Source of the DNA: Octopus sinensis
Taxonomy: Eukaryota
Direction: 5' to 3'
Assembly: GCF_006345805.1 (NCBI RefSeq)
Contig: NC_042999.1
Location: 124,248,001 to 124,312,000, forward strand
Length of the DNA: 64,000 nucleotides
Shown here: positions 13,239 to 25,735 of the stretch, one piece after another
Numbering within the stretch: the stretch's first letter is position 1
Layout: every line of letters starts with the position of its first letter
The notes under the pieces: model-generated
What the model saw: only the letters and a program-made list of their open reading frames with translations
The model's database searches: none
Told to the model about the DNA's origin: nothing
Translations under genes and position numbers: made by a program

Positions 13239-14025
13239 AGGCATAGACATGGCTGTGTGGTAAGAAACTTGCTTCCCAACCATGTGGTTCTGAGTTCAGC
13301 TCCACTGCATGGCACCTTGGGCAAGTGTCTTCTTCTATAGCCTCAGGCCAACCAAAGCTTTGTGAGTGGATTTGGTAGATGGAAACTGAAGGAAGCCATT
13401 ATATATTCTTTTACCTGTCTCAGTCATTTGACTGCGGCCATGCTGGGGTACCACCTTTAGTCATATAAATCAACACCAGGACTCATTCTTTGTAAGCCAA
13501 GTACCTATTCCATTGGTCTCTCTTGCCAAATCGCTAAGCTACAGGGATATAAACACACCAACATCAGTTGTCAAGCGATGGTGATGGGGTCAAATACAGA
13601 CACACAAACATATATATATATATATGACGGGCTTCTTTCAGTTTCGATCTACCAAATCCTCTCACAAGGTTTTGGTTGGCTTGTAGCTATAGTAGAAGAC
13701 ACTTCCCAAGGTGCCATGCAGTGAAACTGAACCCGGAACTATGTGGTTGGGAAGCAAGCTTCTTACCACATAGCTACACCTGCACCTATATGTATATATC
13801 TATGTGTATGTGTCTTTGTGTCTGTGTTTGTACCCCACCTCCATCACTGCTTAACTACTGGTGTTGTCATCCCCTTAATTTAGCAGTTAAGCAAAAGAGA
13901 CTGATAGAATAAGTAATAGGCTTAAAAAATAAGTCCTGGAGTCAATTTGTTTGACTAAAACCCTTCAAGGTGGTGCTCAGGTATGACCACAGTCAGATGA
14001 CTGAAACAAGTAAAAGAATAAAAGA
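13239..14025 (+). mobile_element. SINE A interrupted by an antisense SINE A copy (13401-13785)
   Basis: Plus 5' half 13239-13400, complete minus copy 13401-13785, plus 3' half 13786-14025. Confidence 0.75.
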
Positions 14026-14176
14026 AAGAATACCTGGGGATAATTTGAACTCCTAGCATTGTAATCAGGAGTCCAGAAACCTTATCACATTATAGATATA
14101 CCTTTCTGGTTATCATATCTTTCCACTATTGTTGTTCTTTGTTTGGCAAATGATAATCACTTATAAAGAAAAGGCA

Positions 14177-14980
14177 CAGTAATACCTCGCTTTACAAGGA
14201 CCTGCTTTATGAGACCCCAGGTTTCCAAATTTTATTTTTCAAGCACAAGATCCAAATTTTGAATGAATTACAAAAGTTTCTGTCTCCATAACAAATGCTT
14301 CTGTAGGTTACTGAGAAATTTATAGAGAGCAAAAAATTGTTTCTCCTAAGCAAACAAGTCTAGACTCGTTTTTTTAAGAAGAAATCTACAAGTCAGTCAA
14401 TAAGTGCTTGTGAATTGGTGACTGCATCTACAAGTGATGGTGTACACAAGTCTAGTGTGAGTGAAAGTGATTCAGAAAACAATTATAATATTTTTTATTA
14501 TAAATGATCTTGACATTATTTTTACTTTACATAAAATATTCTTTACATTCTACTGTTATTGTATTGCCATTTATTTACAAGTATTATAAATTTTTTCGGT
14601 AAAATTTTTTTCTGGGAATGGATTATGATCTATAACATTGCTACTATAGGAAATTATTGCTCTGCTTTATGAGTTTTCACTTCACGAGCAGTCTCTGGGA
14701 ACAAATTAACTCGTATATTGAAACATTAGTTACTTCTTTATTACCCACAAGGGGCTAAAGATAGAAGGGACAAACAAGGACAGACAAATGGATTAAGTCG
14801 ATTACATCGACCCCAGTGCATAACTGGTACTTAATTTATCAACCCCGAAAGGATGAAAGGCAAAGTCGACCTTGGCGGAATTTGAACTGAGAACGTAGCG
14901 GCAGACAAAATACCGCTAAGCATTTCGCCTGACATGCTAACATTTCTGCCAGCTCGCAGCCTTATATTGAAACATTACTG
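14177..14980. mobile_element. Tigger/pogo-type non-autonomous element
   Basis: Termini CAGTAATACCTCG... and ...CATTACTG followed by TA. It is interrupted near the right end by a SINE. Confidence 0.6.
14729..14962 (-). mobile_element. SINE B insertion with 15-bp TSD
   Basis: TATATTGAAACATTA at 14714-14728 and 14963-14977 flanks the SINE. Confidence 0.9.
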
Positions 14981-15801
14981 TATATGTAATTCTCCATTCA
15001 TCTATAATACAAGGTCTAAAGCTGACTGTGCAGGAGATTTTATCGCTTAGGTATGGATTTTCACTGAACTTTTGAATTTTGGAGAATATCATTTGAAAAT
15101 AGTTTATAATCAATTTTTTTTTGTATACTTCAAATAAATAAATTCTGGATTATAACTCATGTTCCATATGATAATATGTCACATCTATTTATTTATTTTT
15201 TCTCTGTAACTTTTGAATTTAATGAACTATCAGAATGAGCATGATGGGGAGAGAAATTAAGTGTGAAAAGGAAAGTAAGAAAGAGAGAAAATAAGACAAA
15301 CAGAGAATGACAATAATTAGATGAAGTGAAAGGCAGAGTAAAGGAGAGAGGTAAACTAAATATGTAACAGTAAGAGAAAGAGTGTGCAAAAAATTAAGAA
15401 AGAGAACTTGATAACTAGATTTAGTCAGAATAGAGACAAACAGAGACAGACAGACAGAGAGATGAGCAAGACTACGCAGCAGACGTTTGGATATCATCAT
15501 TTCAAATCAGATTATAACACTCTTTCTCTCTCTCCCTCTCCCTCTCCTTCTTCCTCCCTCTCTCTCTTTTTCAAGTGTATCTTAGTAAATAGATGATTGT
15601 ATGTTCAATTGAGAAGCTAAATGTTCCAATATCCATATCAACAAGTAGGACACCAGGACTGGGTGGGTACTTAGTATTGAGTTAACAGTAGGGTAAAATA
15701 ACCCTTAGTTGTCATTTAATGGTTGTATACTGCAAGTATGTACACACACACACATCATATATGTATATATATATATATACATATACACACACACACACAT
15801 C

Positions 15802-15833
<32 letters not shown>

Positions 15834-16115
15834 TATATATACACACACACATACACATAGGTGCCAAATTTAATATAAACTGTAGAGCCAGGTAGGTTCC
15901 ATGGGTGGCATATGTATAAAAGAGGAACACAACTATTGTTCAAAATTCACAAAAACTGTTTGGTTAATATGTCATCTTCTGATCTTACCTTGCCTGTTTA
16001 ATCACTTAAAATTTACCTGATGATGTTAGGTTTTTGCAATTGCATAATCTGAGACTGCATCAATAAAATGCTACTGAAACAGCTGTTGTGAATGTTGAAC
16101 CTCGCTTGGTGCCTT

Positions 16116-16154
<39 letters not shown>

Positions 16155-16169
16155 CATATATATACATAT

Positions 16170-16690
16170 ATATACATGACTTTTTTCTATTCCTGAGTGT
16201 TATACTAATAAATCTGTTTGTTTGGTACACCACCTGTCTTCGTCTTTTGTTTTTTTCATAAACTCTCCCTATATATATATATATATATAAAACCAAAGTC
16301 TTATACCACTACACGTCCATACTTGCACACCTCCACATAGCAACACACATCCCAAGAAACCATACATACATGCACATATACACCTCCTTTTTTGCTCATC
16401 CCTATACATGGATAGCCTCCAACATATACACATACCTCCTCCTCGTACTCCTTTCCTAACCCCCATTCATACAGCTGCATTCTTATCTAGTCTCTAACTC
16501 CTTTATTTTTGTTTTCTCCTGCCACCTTTTCTCATTTTCCTCCTCATTTATTATTTTCTTTTCACCCTTTCTCCTGATGAAGGACTATTGTCCAAAATGT
16601 CAAGATTCTTTTCCCTTCTTTTTAAGTGTTGAGCTAATGTACTTGTCCCTCTAGTGTTATTTTCTTTTTTGTGCTCATTACTTTCTTTAT
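16170..16690 (+). mobile_element. Penelope-like pseudo-LTR-type remnants
   Basis: Pyrimidine-rich leader, a hammerhead-like core and T-rich tails typical of PLE termini, flanked by (AT)n. Confidence 0.45.
16570..16605 (+). ncRNA. Degenerate minimal type-I hammerhead ribozyme motif
   Basis: CTGATGA-A-GGAC(tatt)GTCC-AAA-ATGT-C-AAGA. An ancestral GAA-ACGT-C can be inferred with two CpG transitions. Confidence 0.55.
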
Positions 16691-16844
16691 ATATGTGTAC
16701 GTGTGTGGGAGGGTTGTATGTATTCCTCTCTCACACACATACATATATATGTCTGTGTGATATATACATATATATAAAAATATATATAGATGTGTGTGTG
16801 TTTGTGTACGTGTATATATATATATATATATATATATATGTAAA

Positions 16845-16877
<33 letters not shown>

Positions 16878-16958
16878 GCATACACACATATATTCATATA
16901 TATATATTCATATATATATATTATATATATATATATATAATATATATATATATGTAAA

Positions 16959-16993
<35 letters not shown>

Positions 16994-17022
16994 GCATACA
17001 CACATATATTCATATATATATA

Positions 17023-17068
<46 letters not shown>

Positions 17069-17340
17069 TACACACACATATTCATATATGTATATATATG
17101 TGCGTATGAATATATGTATGCATACATGTATGTATATATGTATATGTATGTATGCATATGCATGTATATATGTGTATATATGTATATATATATACATGTA
17201 TATATATATATGTATATATATATATGTATGTATATATGTATGTATATATATGTGTGTGTATATGTGTGTGTGTGTATGAGTGTGTATGTATGTATATATA
17301 TACACTCACACACAAATGTGTATATGTGTGTGTGTCTGAG
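16690..17340. repeat. Compound (AT)n/(GT)n/(ATGT)n microsatellite field with an internal ~120-bp duplication
   Basis: Direct reading: ATATGTAAATGTGTGTGTGTATATA...GCATACACACATATATTCA occurs twice (~16835 and ~16950). Confidence 0.95.
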
Positions 17341-17599
17341 TATTGTATTACATTAGGTCCTTTTGTGCTTAGCAATCATACTATTCAGTTTTGATGTTTC
17401 TATGCAATGTGAATTTTGTAGGAGTGATCTCCTTCATTGTCAAAATCTTGTTACAATTATATATTATTGCCTTTTCTCATCATGTATCTTGAAATGCAAA
17501 CTCCACTAAAAATAGGAAATGGTATGTGCAGTCATTCAAGGAAGAATGGTTGCAAAATTCCAAATTTGAGGATTAGCTTCAACAAGATAAAAGTGAAGA

Positions 17600-19250
17600 A
17601 GCTAGGAACTGTAAACACTGCAATGTTACTCAGAGAAATACAAATAAATTCATACTAATGAAACACAAAACTTCTGTCACACAATACAAAATACTTTGAT
17701 GTGGTTAAATCTAATGTTGATATTTCTCAATTCACTGTGGAAAAGAAGTCAATGGAGAATGAACAAACAGCCAAAGTGCACAGCTTATTGCTGACTATTG
17801 TTGAACATAACTTTCCCTTGGCAAATGTTGATCATCTTCTGATGGTATGCATGAGAATATTTCTGGACTGTAAGATTGCTGAAAAATTACAGTGAAAGGA
17901 ATAAAACTTTTGTATGATATTCAGGCATGAATAGCCTTTCATGAGTGATGAGTGATGAGTGATAGTGATAATGAATCTCTGTAAGACATAAAAGTATTTT
18001 TTATCATGAGTGATGAAAGTACAGACATCTCCTTTTTATTTTTACTGTATTTGAGAGTTCTGAATAAGCATGAGGTCGTTGATACATTGTTAAATACAGT
18101 AGTTTTCAAAAATGGAACAGCGCTTGATCTTAACAATTATGTCAAACCTACCTTGTATAAAAGAAATATTTCTCTAAGAATCATTGTTGGATTCGCAAGT
18201 GATAAACGTTTTTTTCTATAACAGGCACCAAAGAATAGGTTCCAGAAATTATTGAAAGATGATGTGGCTTCACTTTTACTATGGGAACGTGTTATTCTTT
18301 TGCTCTTTCTGCTAGTCCAGCTGTCAATGTATCATTCTCATATACAGAGGCTTTTTTTTCTTGGAGTAGCAAGAAACAATGTAAATTTTCACTTATTCAA
18401 GAAGTCATTCTGATAACTCACCACAAAATACCTAAACTTGCTTAAACAAATTGGGCTTCTTGAGAAACAGTTATTACAATTTGATGTTTTACTTCTTTAT
18501 TTCTGAAGTGAATCAAAAGTTGACAAAGGGGATGCTGCAAAGAAAACTTATAAGGCATGAAGCAATCGTGGAATCAAATACATGCTTACTTTTCCTTCAG
18601 AAAGTGAATTTACCGAATGCTGAGTTCAAACCTGAGCAATTCAAGCTACTTTATCTGTATTTATTGACATTATCAGAATACAAAACTCTCAAGTTCCTTT
18701 ATTAAAGATTAACTAAGGAAAAAATTTAAATTTTAAGAAACTAACCCAAGCAATGAAAGTAATCACAAAAATAATAATGATGTTTACTTGCAAAGAAAGA
18801 CAATAGCTCATTTTATTAGTGAGCCTTTTGTTGATGAAATCATGTTAGAAGATTTAAAACTGAATGTCAGCAATTCCCAGAGGAAATTTGTATTCAAAGA
18901 AGACTTCCTTCTGTGAAGATGGAATCATGTTAAGTTAAAGATAAAAGACCCAAAGGTAGCTTATGATCACAGCATATCTCCAACATCTATCATTTTGCAA
19001 ACTGTCCATTTCCCAATCACTGTGCCAGAAAGCAGTTTAATGATCTTGAGGATCACTGAAGAAGTAATTATTTAATGGAACACAGTTTACCAATCTCTAT
19101 AGAAAATATTCCTGAAAACTGGTACAAATTGAAAGATATAAAAGATGACTTCATAAGTCAAAATGTTTTTTAATCCAATTTTATGCTAAATTTAAATATT
19201 TTGTTCATCATTTGCATGTGCTGAAAAAATATCTATTCTACAGATCTGTG
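17600..19250 (+). mobile_element. Decayed hAT-superfamily transposase (ZNF862-like type)
   Basis: IVEHNFPLANVDHL; FFIMSDESTDIS (first catalytic D); NGTALDL; IVGFASD; many stops and frameshifts. Confidence 0.7.
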
Positions 19251-19533
19251 TCAAAACAAAAAAATATTAATTCTTTAAATGCAGAGACTGTAAAATATAC
19301 ATGTATGTACATTATGATAATTCTTATTTAATTTCAGTCTACCCTGCTGGCATGAGCTGGATCATTTGATAGGAGTAGACAAGCCAAAGGAGTATGCCAA
19401 ATATTTGTTTTGCCATGTTTTCTACAATTGAATGCCCTTCCCAATGGCAATCCCTTTATAAAATGCCCTGGGCATAGATCAGGTCACCAAGCAAATTGCT
19501 AGACAAGCCTTTTTGATTGGGTCGAGTTGTAGT

Positions 19534-19569
<36 letters not shown>

Positions 19570-20589
19570 GATTTTATGCAAGGTGTTGAGAGGCTAAAGT
19601 ATGGTAGAGGGACTGGAACAGGTGTTGTTGTAAAGGAGATATGTGACTGCCTCAGCTAGAAAGTGATATAAAGATGGTAGTAAAGTGTCTAGGTGTACTC
19701 TCAAGGTTCAAGAAAATGAATGCAAGAGATAATAGGGACAGAGGATCAGGAAGAATGGGTGGGTAAGCTCACAAAAGGGTATAAGAATAGTGGCAGACGG
19801 ATAGAGGTTGGGATGGAGGTGAATGCAGCAAATGCTGAAGAGTAGAGGCAGGGTTAGTTGTGAATATCAGTTTGAGGAGGAAGATGAAAGAAATAGGAGT
19901 GTGTCAGAGAGAAGGAGGTGATAAGTAGCAGTACAAAATGGTGGGGTAAAGAGCAGTAGTATAACACACTATATACTACTATATATAGTATATATATACT
20001 ACTATAAATAAATGAGAAATAGAGAAGTGATGTGAAGTGTAGGAGGGAAAGAGATATGTACAGTGACAGAGATTGAGGTCAATGGTGCAAAGGGATGGAT
20101 AAATTGGATGATGAACGATGAGGAGGAGGCTGTCAATAACAGATACGAAAGGGTGTTAAGAATGAGATATAGAAGCCACAAGATATAGCTTAGGAGAAAA
20201 AAAAATGTACAGTGGAAAATAAAGCATGAAGTGATGATATTGAGAATGAGGGATTAGCGACCAAAGGAAGTGATTCAAAGAAGAAGGATAAGCTGGACAA
20301 AAGGTGATGAAATTTACACAGTTCTGCTCTCATATAACCACATTAGCTCCAATAGAGAGAAGAGTGATGAAGGGATGGGAGGTAGGAAGATGAATTGTGG
20401 GGAAGGTTTAACAGTACAGATCAGGTGCAGGAGCATAGACATAAATTATATACTTTTAGGAGCTCATTTTTACTGATACATATACATCTTCTTGAGCTAA
20501 CAAATTATCATTCATATTGATCCTTTGTCATTTCCTCTGTGAGGCTCAACATCCATATGCAATGTGTTTGAGGATGATGAATGGATTAG

Positions 20590-20641
20590 ATGGGTGCTGA
20601 TGAAGGAGCAAAAAACCCCAAAATATAGCATATACGCCCAT
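20590..20641 (+). ncRNA. Fossil type-I hammerhead ribozyme with all three stems
   Basis: Stem I ATGGGTG/CGCCCAT (7 bp); core CTGATGA 20597-603; stem II GGAG/CCCC (one mismatch); G12>A; stem III ATAT(agc)ATAT; cleavage triplet AUA. Confidence 0.65.
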
Positions 20642-21502
20642 TACCCATTTTACATCTTCAATCTCATTGTTTGTTTGCATCTGATGTCTCATCTACAAAA
20701 CGTTGTAGCAAAAATCAGTGCTGGCTATAATTTCCATAGAATAGCTGTAGAAATAACTTTAACAAAATAATGTAAAGCACACTGCTAACACAGTAGAATG
20801 TGATATTGATTTATAAAAACGTTTAATATGCTTTATAGTATATTATGGTTCTGTAACAAAATACCACATACCTACAAATCATTAGAAAGCTAAAGGGTCC
20901 TGTTTTACAGTATCTTGTAGGCATCTCAAAATTCTGAGCTCAAATTTTTGCATAGACATGTCTGCATTTCACTTTTTAGTGTTAATGTTATAAGAATGAA
21001 TAATATATTCATGGTGAATTTTCTGACACTGGCTCCTCTTCAAAAGAGACGTTCTGTCTAGAAAAGCAGTGTAAAGGAAAATGCTAGCAGAAATCTTAGT
21101 AGTAACAGATTTATCTCCCTTCCTTTTGCTCTCACGGGTGACTGGGCAACAATATCCTAACTACACTGGCAACGATTCATAAATGAAATTCATTTCAATT
21201 GAATTCATTGCTCTTCTATTTACCAGCTTCAACTAAAGTAAGCAGAGAAAAGCTGAATACTGATGGATGGCTAATACTGTAAATACCCATTCAGGTATGG
21301 AACATGTCAAGAATGCCAATGACCAGTAAGGAGGAATGAATGCTTGATGCCAACGAAAAATGACATGATATATGCTCATGCCGGATTCCAGAGAAGAGTT
21401 TCTTTTGAAATAAGAACATCATTGTTAAGAAAGAGGGGGGAAAAAAATATTGCCACAGACAGAAACCACTTAGAAATATATAGCTCAATGCACAATAACT
21501 TG

Positions 21503-21516
21503 GTAACTATGGCAAC
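21503..21516. promoter_or_regulatory. RFX-type X-box motif GTAACTATGGCAAC
   Basis: Close match to the RFX palindrome GTTGCCATGGCAAC, with an exact right half-site. It lies in a repeat-poor island (~20700-21560). Confidence 0.35.
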
Positions 21517-22177
21517 AACAGGTGTCCAAGACTGCTAAATGCATACAGTACAGAGAAAAGAAATTAGTCTCTAAGATATTATTTTCTATCGAGAATAGTT
21601 TTTAAAACATAAACTTGCTTACAACAAGTGTATTGTTGTAGTGAATTATTATTCAGCAAAGGTTTGGAACATACAAAATGTGAATTAATTTTTTAAAAAT
21701 AGATATTTTACAAGAATAAAATATATTCATTACAATAATTTTCCTCTTCAGGAATGAAATTATTTTTAAAAAAGAGAAAGAAGCAACTGTGGTTTGAAAA
21801 GGTTGAAAACCAGTTTAGTAATAATAAAAAAAAAAAAATAATAATAATAATATAATAATAATAATAAAATGTGAATATAAAACATTAATACTAATAATAT
21901 AAGCAACATTTTGCGTACATATGTGAGTGTGTTTGGTTAAAATTTTTTCTGAGTATTAGATTTCTGTTTTCTATACAGAACATTAGCGAGTTTCAACTCA
22001 CTGGATTCTGAGTTCAAACTCATCCAAACTCAACTTTGCTTTTCAGATCTACAAGAGTGTTGCAGGTATACAATTATGATCCAACTGACTGTAGCAGCAC
22101 CATTTAATATTTCTAGCTCTGTTGTAATGTGAGAAATTAATATTAGTTCTATGGAGAAAAATACCATTGAGACAGCA

Positions 22178-22730
22178 GACATGACTGTGTTGTGGTAAGG
22201 AGCTCGTTTCCCAGCTGCATGGTTCCAGGTTCAGTCCCACTGTGAGGCACCTTTGAAGTGTCTTCAGCTATAGCTTCAGTTTGACCAAAGTGTGTGTGTA
22301 TACATGTGTGTGTGTGTGCATACATGAATGTGTGTGCATATGTGCAATATGTGTGCATGTGTGTGCAAGTGTGTATGTCTATGCATATGTGTGTGCAAGT
22401 CTCTGTGTATGTGCGAGTGTGTATGTGGGTGCGAGTGTGTGTGTGTGTGCGAGTGTGTGTGTGAGCGAGTGTGTGTGTATATGTGTGAGTGTGTGTGTGT
22501 GTGCACACATTTCTTTGTGCTTGTGTTTGTCCCCCATCACTGCTTCAGAAGCAGTGTCGGTGAATTTACATTGCCTGTAATTTGACAGTTTGGTAAAAGC
22601 AACTGGTAGACTACATACCAGGCTTAAAGACAAAAATAAATGCTGAGGTTGATTCATTTGATTAAAATTCTTCAAGGTGGAACCCCAGCATGGCCACAGT
22701 CTAATAACTGAAACAAGCAAAAGTGTAAAA
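22178..22730 (+). mobile_element. SINE A copy with expanded (GT)n spacer
   Basis: Head CATGACTGTGTTGTGGTAAGGAGCTCG..GGTTCAGTCCC; tail CAGCATGGCCACAGTCTAATAACTGAAAC. Confidence 0.8.
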
Positions 22731-23274
22731 ATGTAAAGTTCTGTTATGGTCACCACCTAAGTTTTGATTTTCATTTGAAACCATTTCATACTACTTACCT
22801 ATCAAATGGTCTTAACATAGACATGAACATCATGCAAATTTATCTCCTTCCACTGTAAAACTAAGATTCATGTTGATGAAAGGAATAAAAAGAAATGGTT
22901 GAGGAACTTGTTCAAACATAGAACTTAATATGTTCCAAAGAGGAGAGAGTGAACAATGTATTTTTATTTAAATGCCGCCAGAAACATGAGTCACTAAGAC
23001 TAAGGATCTTTGTTGTAAACACATAGAAGCTACCCTATTGTATTTTTGATAAAATGTGAAGTAATTTTGTGCCAGCAAATAAACGTTCAACTGGTGTTGC
23101 TACATTAATCCTTTGGAGCTCACATGTAACAAACCAGGAGAAAAGTAGAAAACAGAGTTCTTTCTTATACAGCTTGACCAACAAATTGTCTAGGAGGGGC
23201 AACTTATATGTCTAGAAACATATATAGTATATATAGAAATAGTGTTCATTTGTTTGACCTAACTGAATTTTTAA

Positions 23275-23467
23275 CCCTTTAGCATTCAGATTACTTTGTC
23301 AAATGTAATGCTATTCATTTACATTGTTTTGAATTAATCATGCAATATTTTGCAGATTTGAGGGTTTGATGACATAATTGTTTAATTTTAGAATTGGATC
23401 TAGTTGGTTTGAAGATAAAACAGGAAGAATATTTTGGTCAGATATGGCTGGTTTAAATACAAGAGCT
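23275..23467. mobile_element. piggyBac-type MITE
   Basis: TTAA CCCTTTAGCATTCAG... The right end GAATATTTTGGTCAGATATGGCTGGTTTAAATAC is shared with the 11792 element. TTAA at 23468-71. Confidence 0.7.
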
Positions 23468-24744
23468 TTAAGACGGGTTCATAGCTTGAGGTATATTTCA
23501 GTTTCTAACTCCTACTCATGTCCAGATGTTTTTGCCTTTACCCCAATGCAAATGCTCAAAGGTGAAGACAGAGCATATAGAAGTATGGGCCTGGCTTTTA
23601 AGTCCAATGACTCTTCCATAACTTTGGTTCCCTTTAATTGTCCCTACCTTAACTGTTTTTATAACATTTAGTAATAATTTTTTTTTTTTGAAAGGAGTCC
23701 CAATATGTAGACACAAGTCTTCTTTGATTTAATGCATAAAGCAAAATGATGATATGAAGGAAAACCAATTACTTTTCTCAAAAGAACATCTCTTGATGTT
23801 TCTAACCTCTTGTTATTGAAACTATTCACAGCCAGATGAGAACATGAGAATGTCATTAACTATCATAGGTATTGTGCTAATAGCAATATCAGTACCCCAA
23901 CACCATAAGCTATAATATTTTCCCCATACAATTTTTAAAGATTAATAAATGATACGAAAATATATTTATATAGCGAATTAAATGAGTTTTTCCAAATAAA
24001 CAAACATATTGAAATATATTTATTTAGACATCAAGAATATTTGATTTATCCTGAAGTGGTTATTGTTTTTCAGATTTGTAGTTTGGCTAAGATTGCAGAA
24101 AATTAATGCCTATAAATACAATTTAAATTACAAGAGATAAGCAATCTTGTACATACCCTGCCACACACACTCACACATTCGTTCACATACATAAACATAA
24201 GAACCAGCACATTTATATATATATATACGCAAGCATTTACACTTATATGTATTATTACAGATACCTACATATATGTTTGCATAATTTTGGATTTCTATAG
24301 TGAATTTTGAAAACCCATTTAAGATTTATAGCAAAGATTTCCTTCCTTGGAGAAAATGTTTAAACTCTTATACAATTCACAAATGTATATGCTACTGAGA
24401 GGGAAAGGGAAAAGAAATTGTTGTTTCTGTATTATCAACAGATTCATACATTAAAAGTGAAATGACCCTATTTCCTTTCCAAGTGGGAATTGCTTAAATT
24501 TGTTCTACTATAAATGTATGCATTACAAGTATGGCTTCTTGTCATTTCTTCATAACAGTTAGAGATAAAGAAGATTCATGGTGTTACCCTAACAAACATA
24601 AAACTAACATTTAATTGATATCTCTATGATAGACATATTTGGTACTCCTTCGAACATAGTAGCTAAATCCCTTTCTGTACAAATTCTGTGTATGCATGTG
24701 GCTGTTGTATATTTATTATTTGTGTATATAAATATGTATATATT

Positions 24745-24820
<76 letters not shown>

Positions 24821-24962
24821 ATTATATGTGTGTGTGGGCATAGATATATATTTACATCTGTGTACATATATAGATACATATATATTATATATGTGCATAT
24901 ATATACGTAGATAGATTGATAGATATACAAACACATCTTGATACATATAAATTATGTATATT

Positions 24963-25500
24963 ATTAATATCCCGTACCACTGCTGTAGTCTCCTTTAGAG
25001 AGACTTAGAAATATTAATATTTCTATTTTTGAAAACCAGTGGATGTATTTCACTGAATTTAGGTATATAATCCTTTGAACAGATGGTCAGTAGTGATGCC
25101 TGCTGGGTTTGGCTGCTCTACATTGATAAGGGGCAAATACCAAAAAACTAGTCTGTAGATGCCTGACCAGCAAGGGGAAGTGGCTGATCTTCCCTGTTCA
25201 AAGGTTATAATGGACACAGGTTCGTGTGTCACATATCTAGCTAGAGGCGTAAGCCTCTTGGAGCTAATCAACAGCAGCATTCGTCCTATTTTCCTGGACT
25301 GCCATGTTAGCTTGGCGATAACTTTTAATATCCAGTACCACTGTCGTAGTCTCCTTTAGAGAGACTTAGAAATATTAATATTTCTATTTTGAAAACCAGT
25401 GGATGTGTTCCACTAAATTTAGGTAAATAATCCTTTGAACAGACGGTCAGTAGTGATGCCTGCTGGGTTCAGTTACTCTACATTGATAAGGGGCAAATAA
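24963..25500 (+). mobile_element. Diverged ~190-bp direct repeats (period ~360 bp) around a retroviral-type aspartic-protease-like remnant
   Basis: Repeats at 24963-25140 and 25323-25500. ORF 25159-25359 has VIMDTGSCVTYL, followed by SLL*RDL (cf. LLGRD). Confidence 0.4.
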
Positions 25501-25513
25501 CCTGAAACTCACT

Positions 25514-25735
25514 TCATTCCTTGCAAGCAGTCACAGCCCATGTTTCACTGCCATGTAGCATAGCTGTTCCCACACATGCATCATACAGCTTACCTTTTAC
25601 TCTGAGCGAGAGGCCCTTTGTCACCAGCAGAGGTAGGAGCTCTCTGAACTTTGCCCAGGCTATTCTTATTCTAGCAGCTACACTTTGAGAGCATCTGCCT
25701 CTGCTACTGACTTGGTCCCCTCGGTAACGGAAGTT
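25514..25735 (-). mobile_element. RTE-clade LINE RT fragment
   Basis: FRYRGDQVSSRGRCSQSVAARIRIAWAKFRELLPLLVTKGLSLRVKGKLYDACVGTAMLHGSETWAVTA; same family as 39915-41330. Confidence 0.9.

Noticed and set aside
16634-17394. Many 65-150 aa ORFs rich in YI/CV/HT (also ~34771-35320, 49379-49755, 62208-62638 and others)
   Set aside because: Translations of dinucleotide and tetranucleotide microsatellites that lack stop codons; no coding signal.
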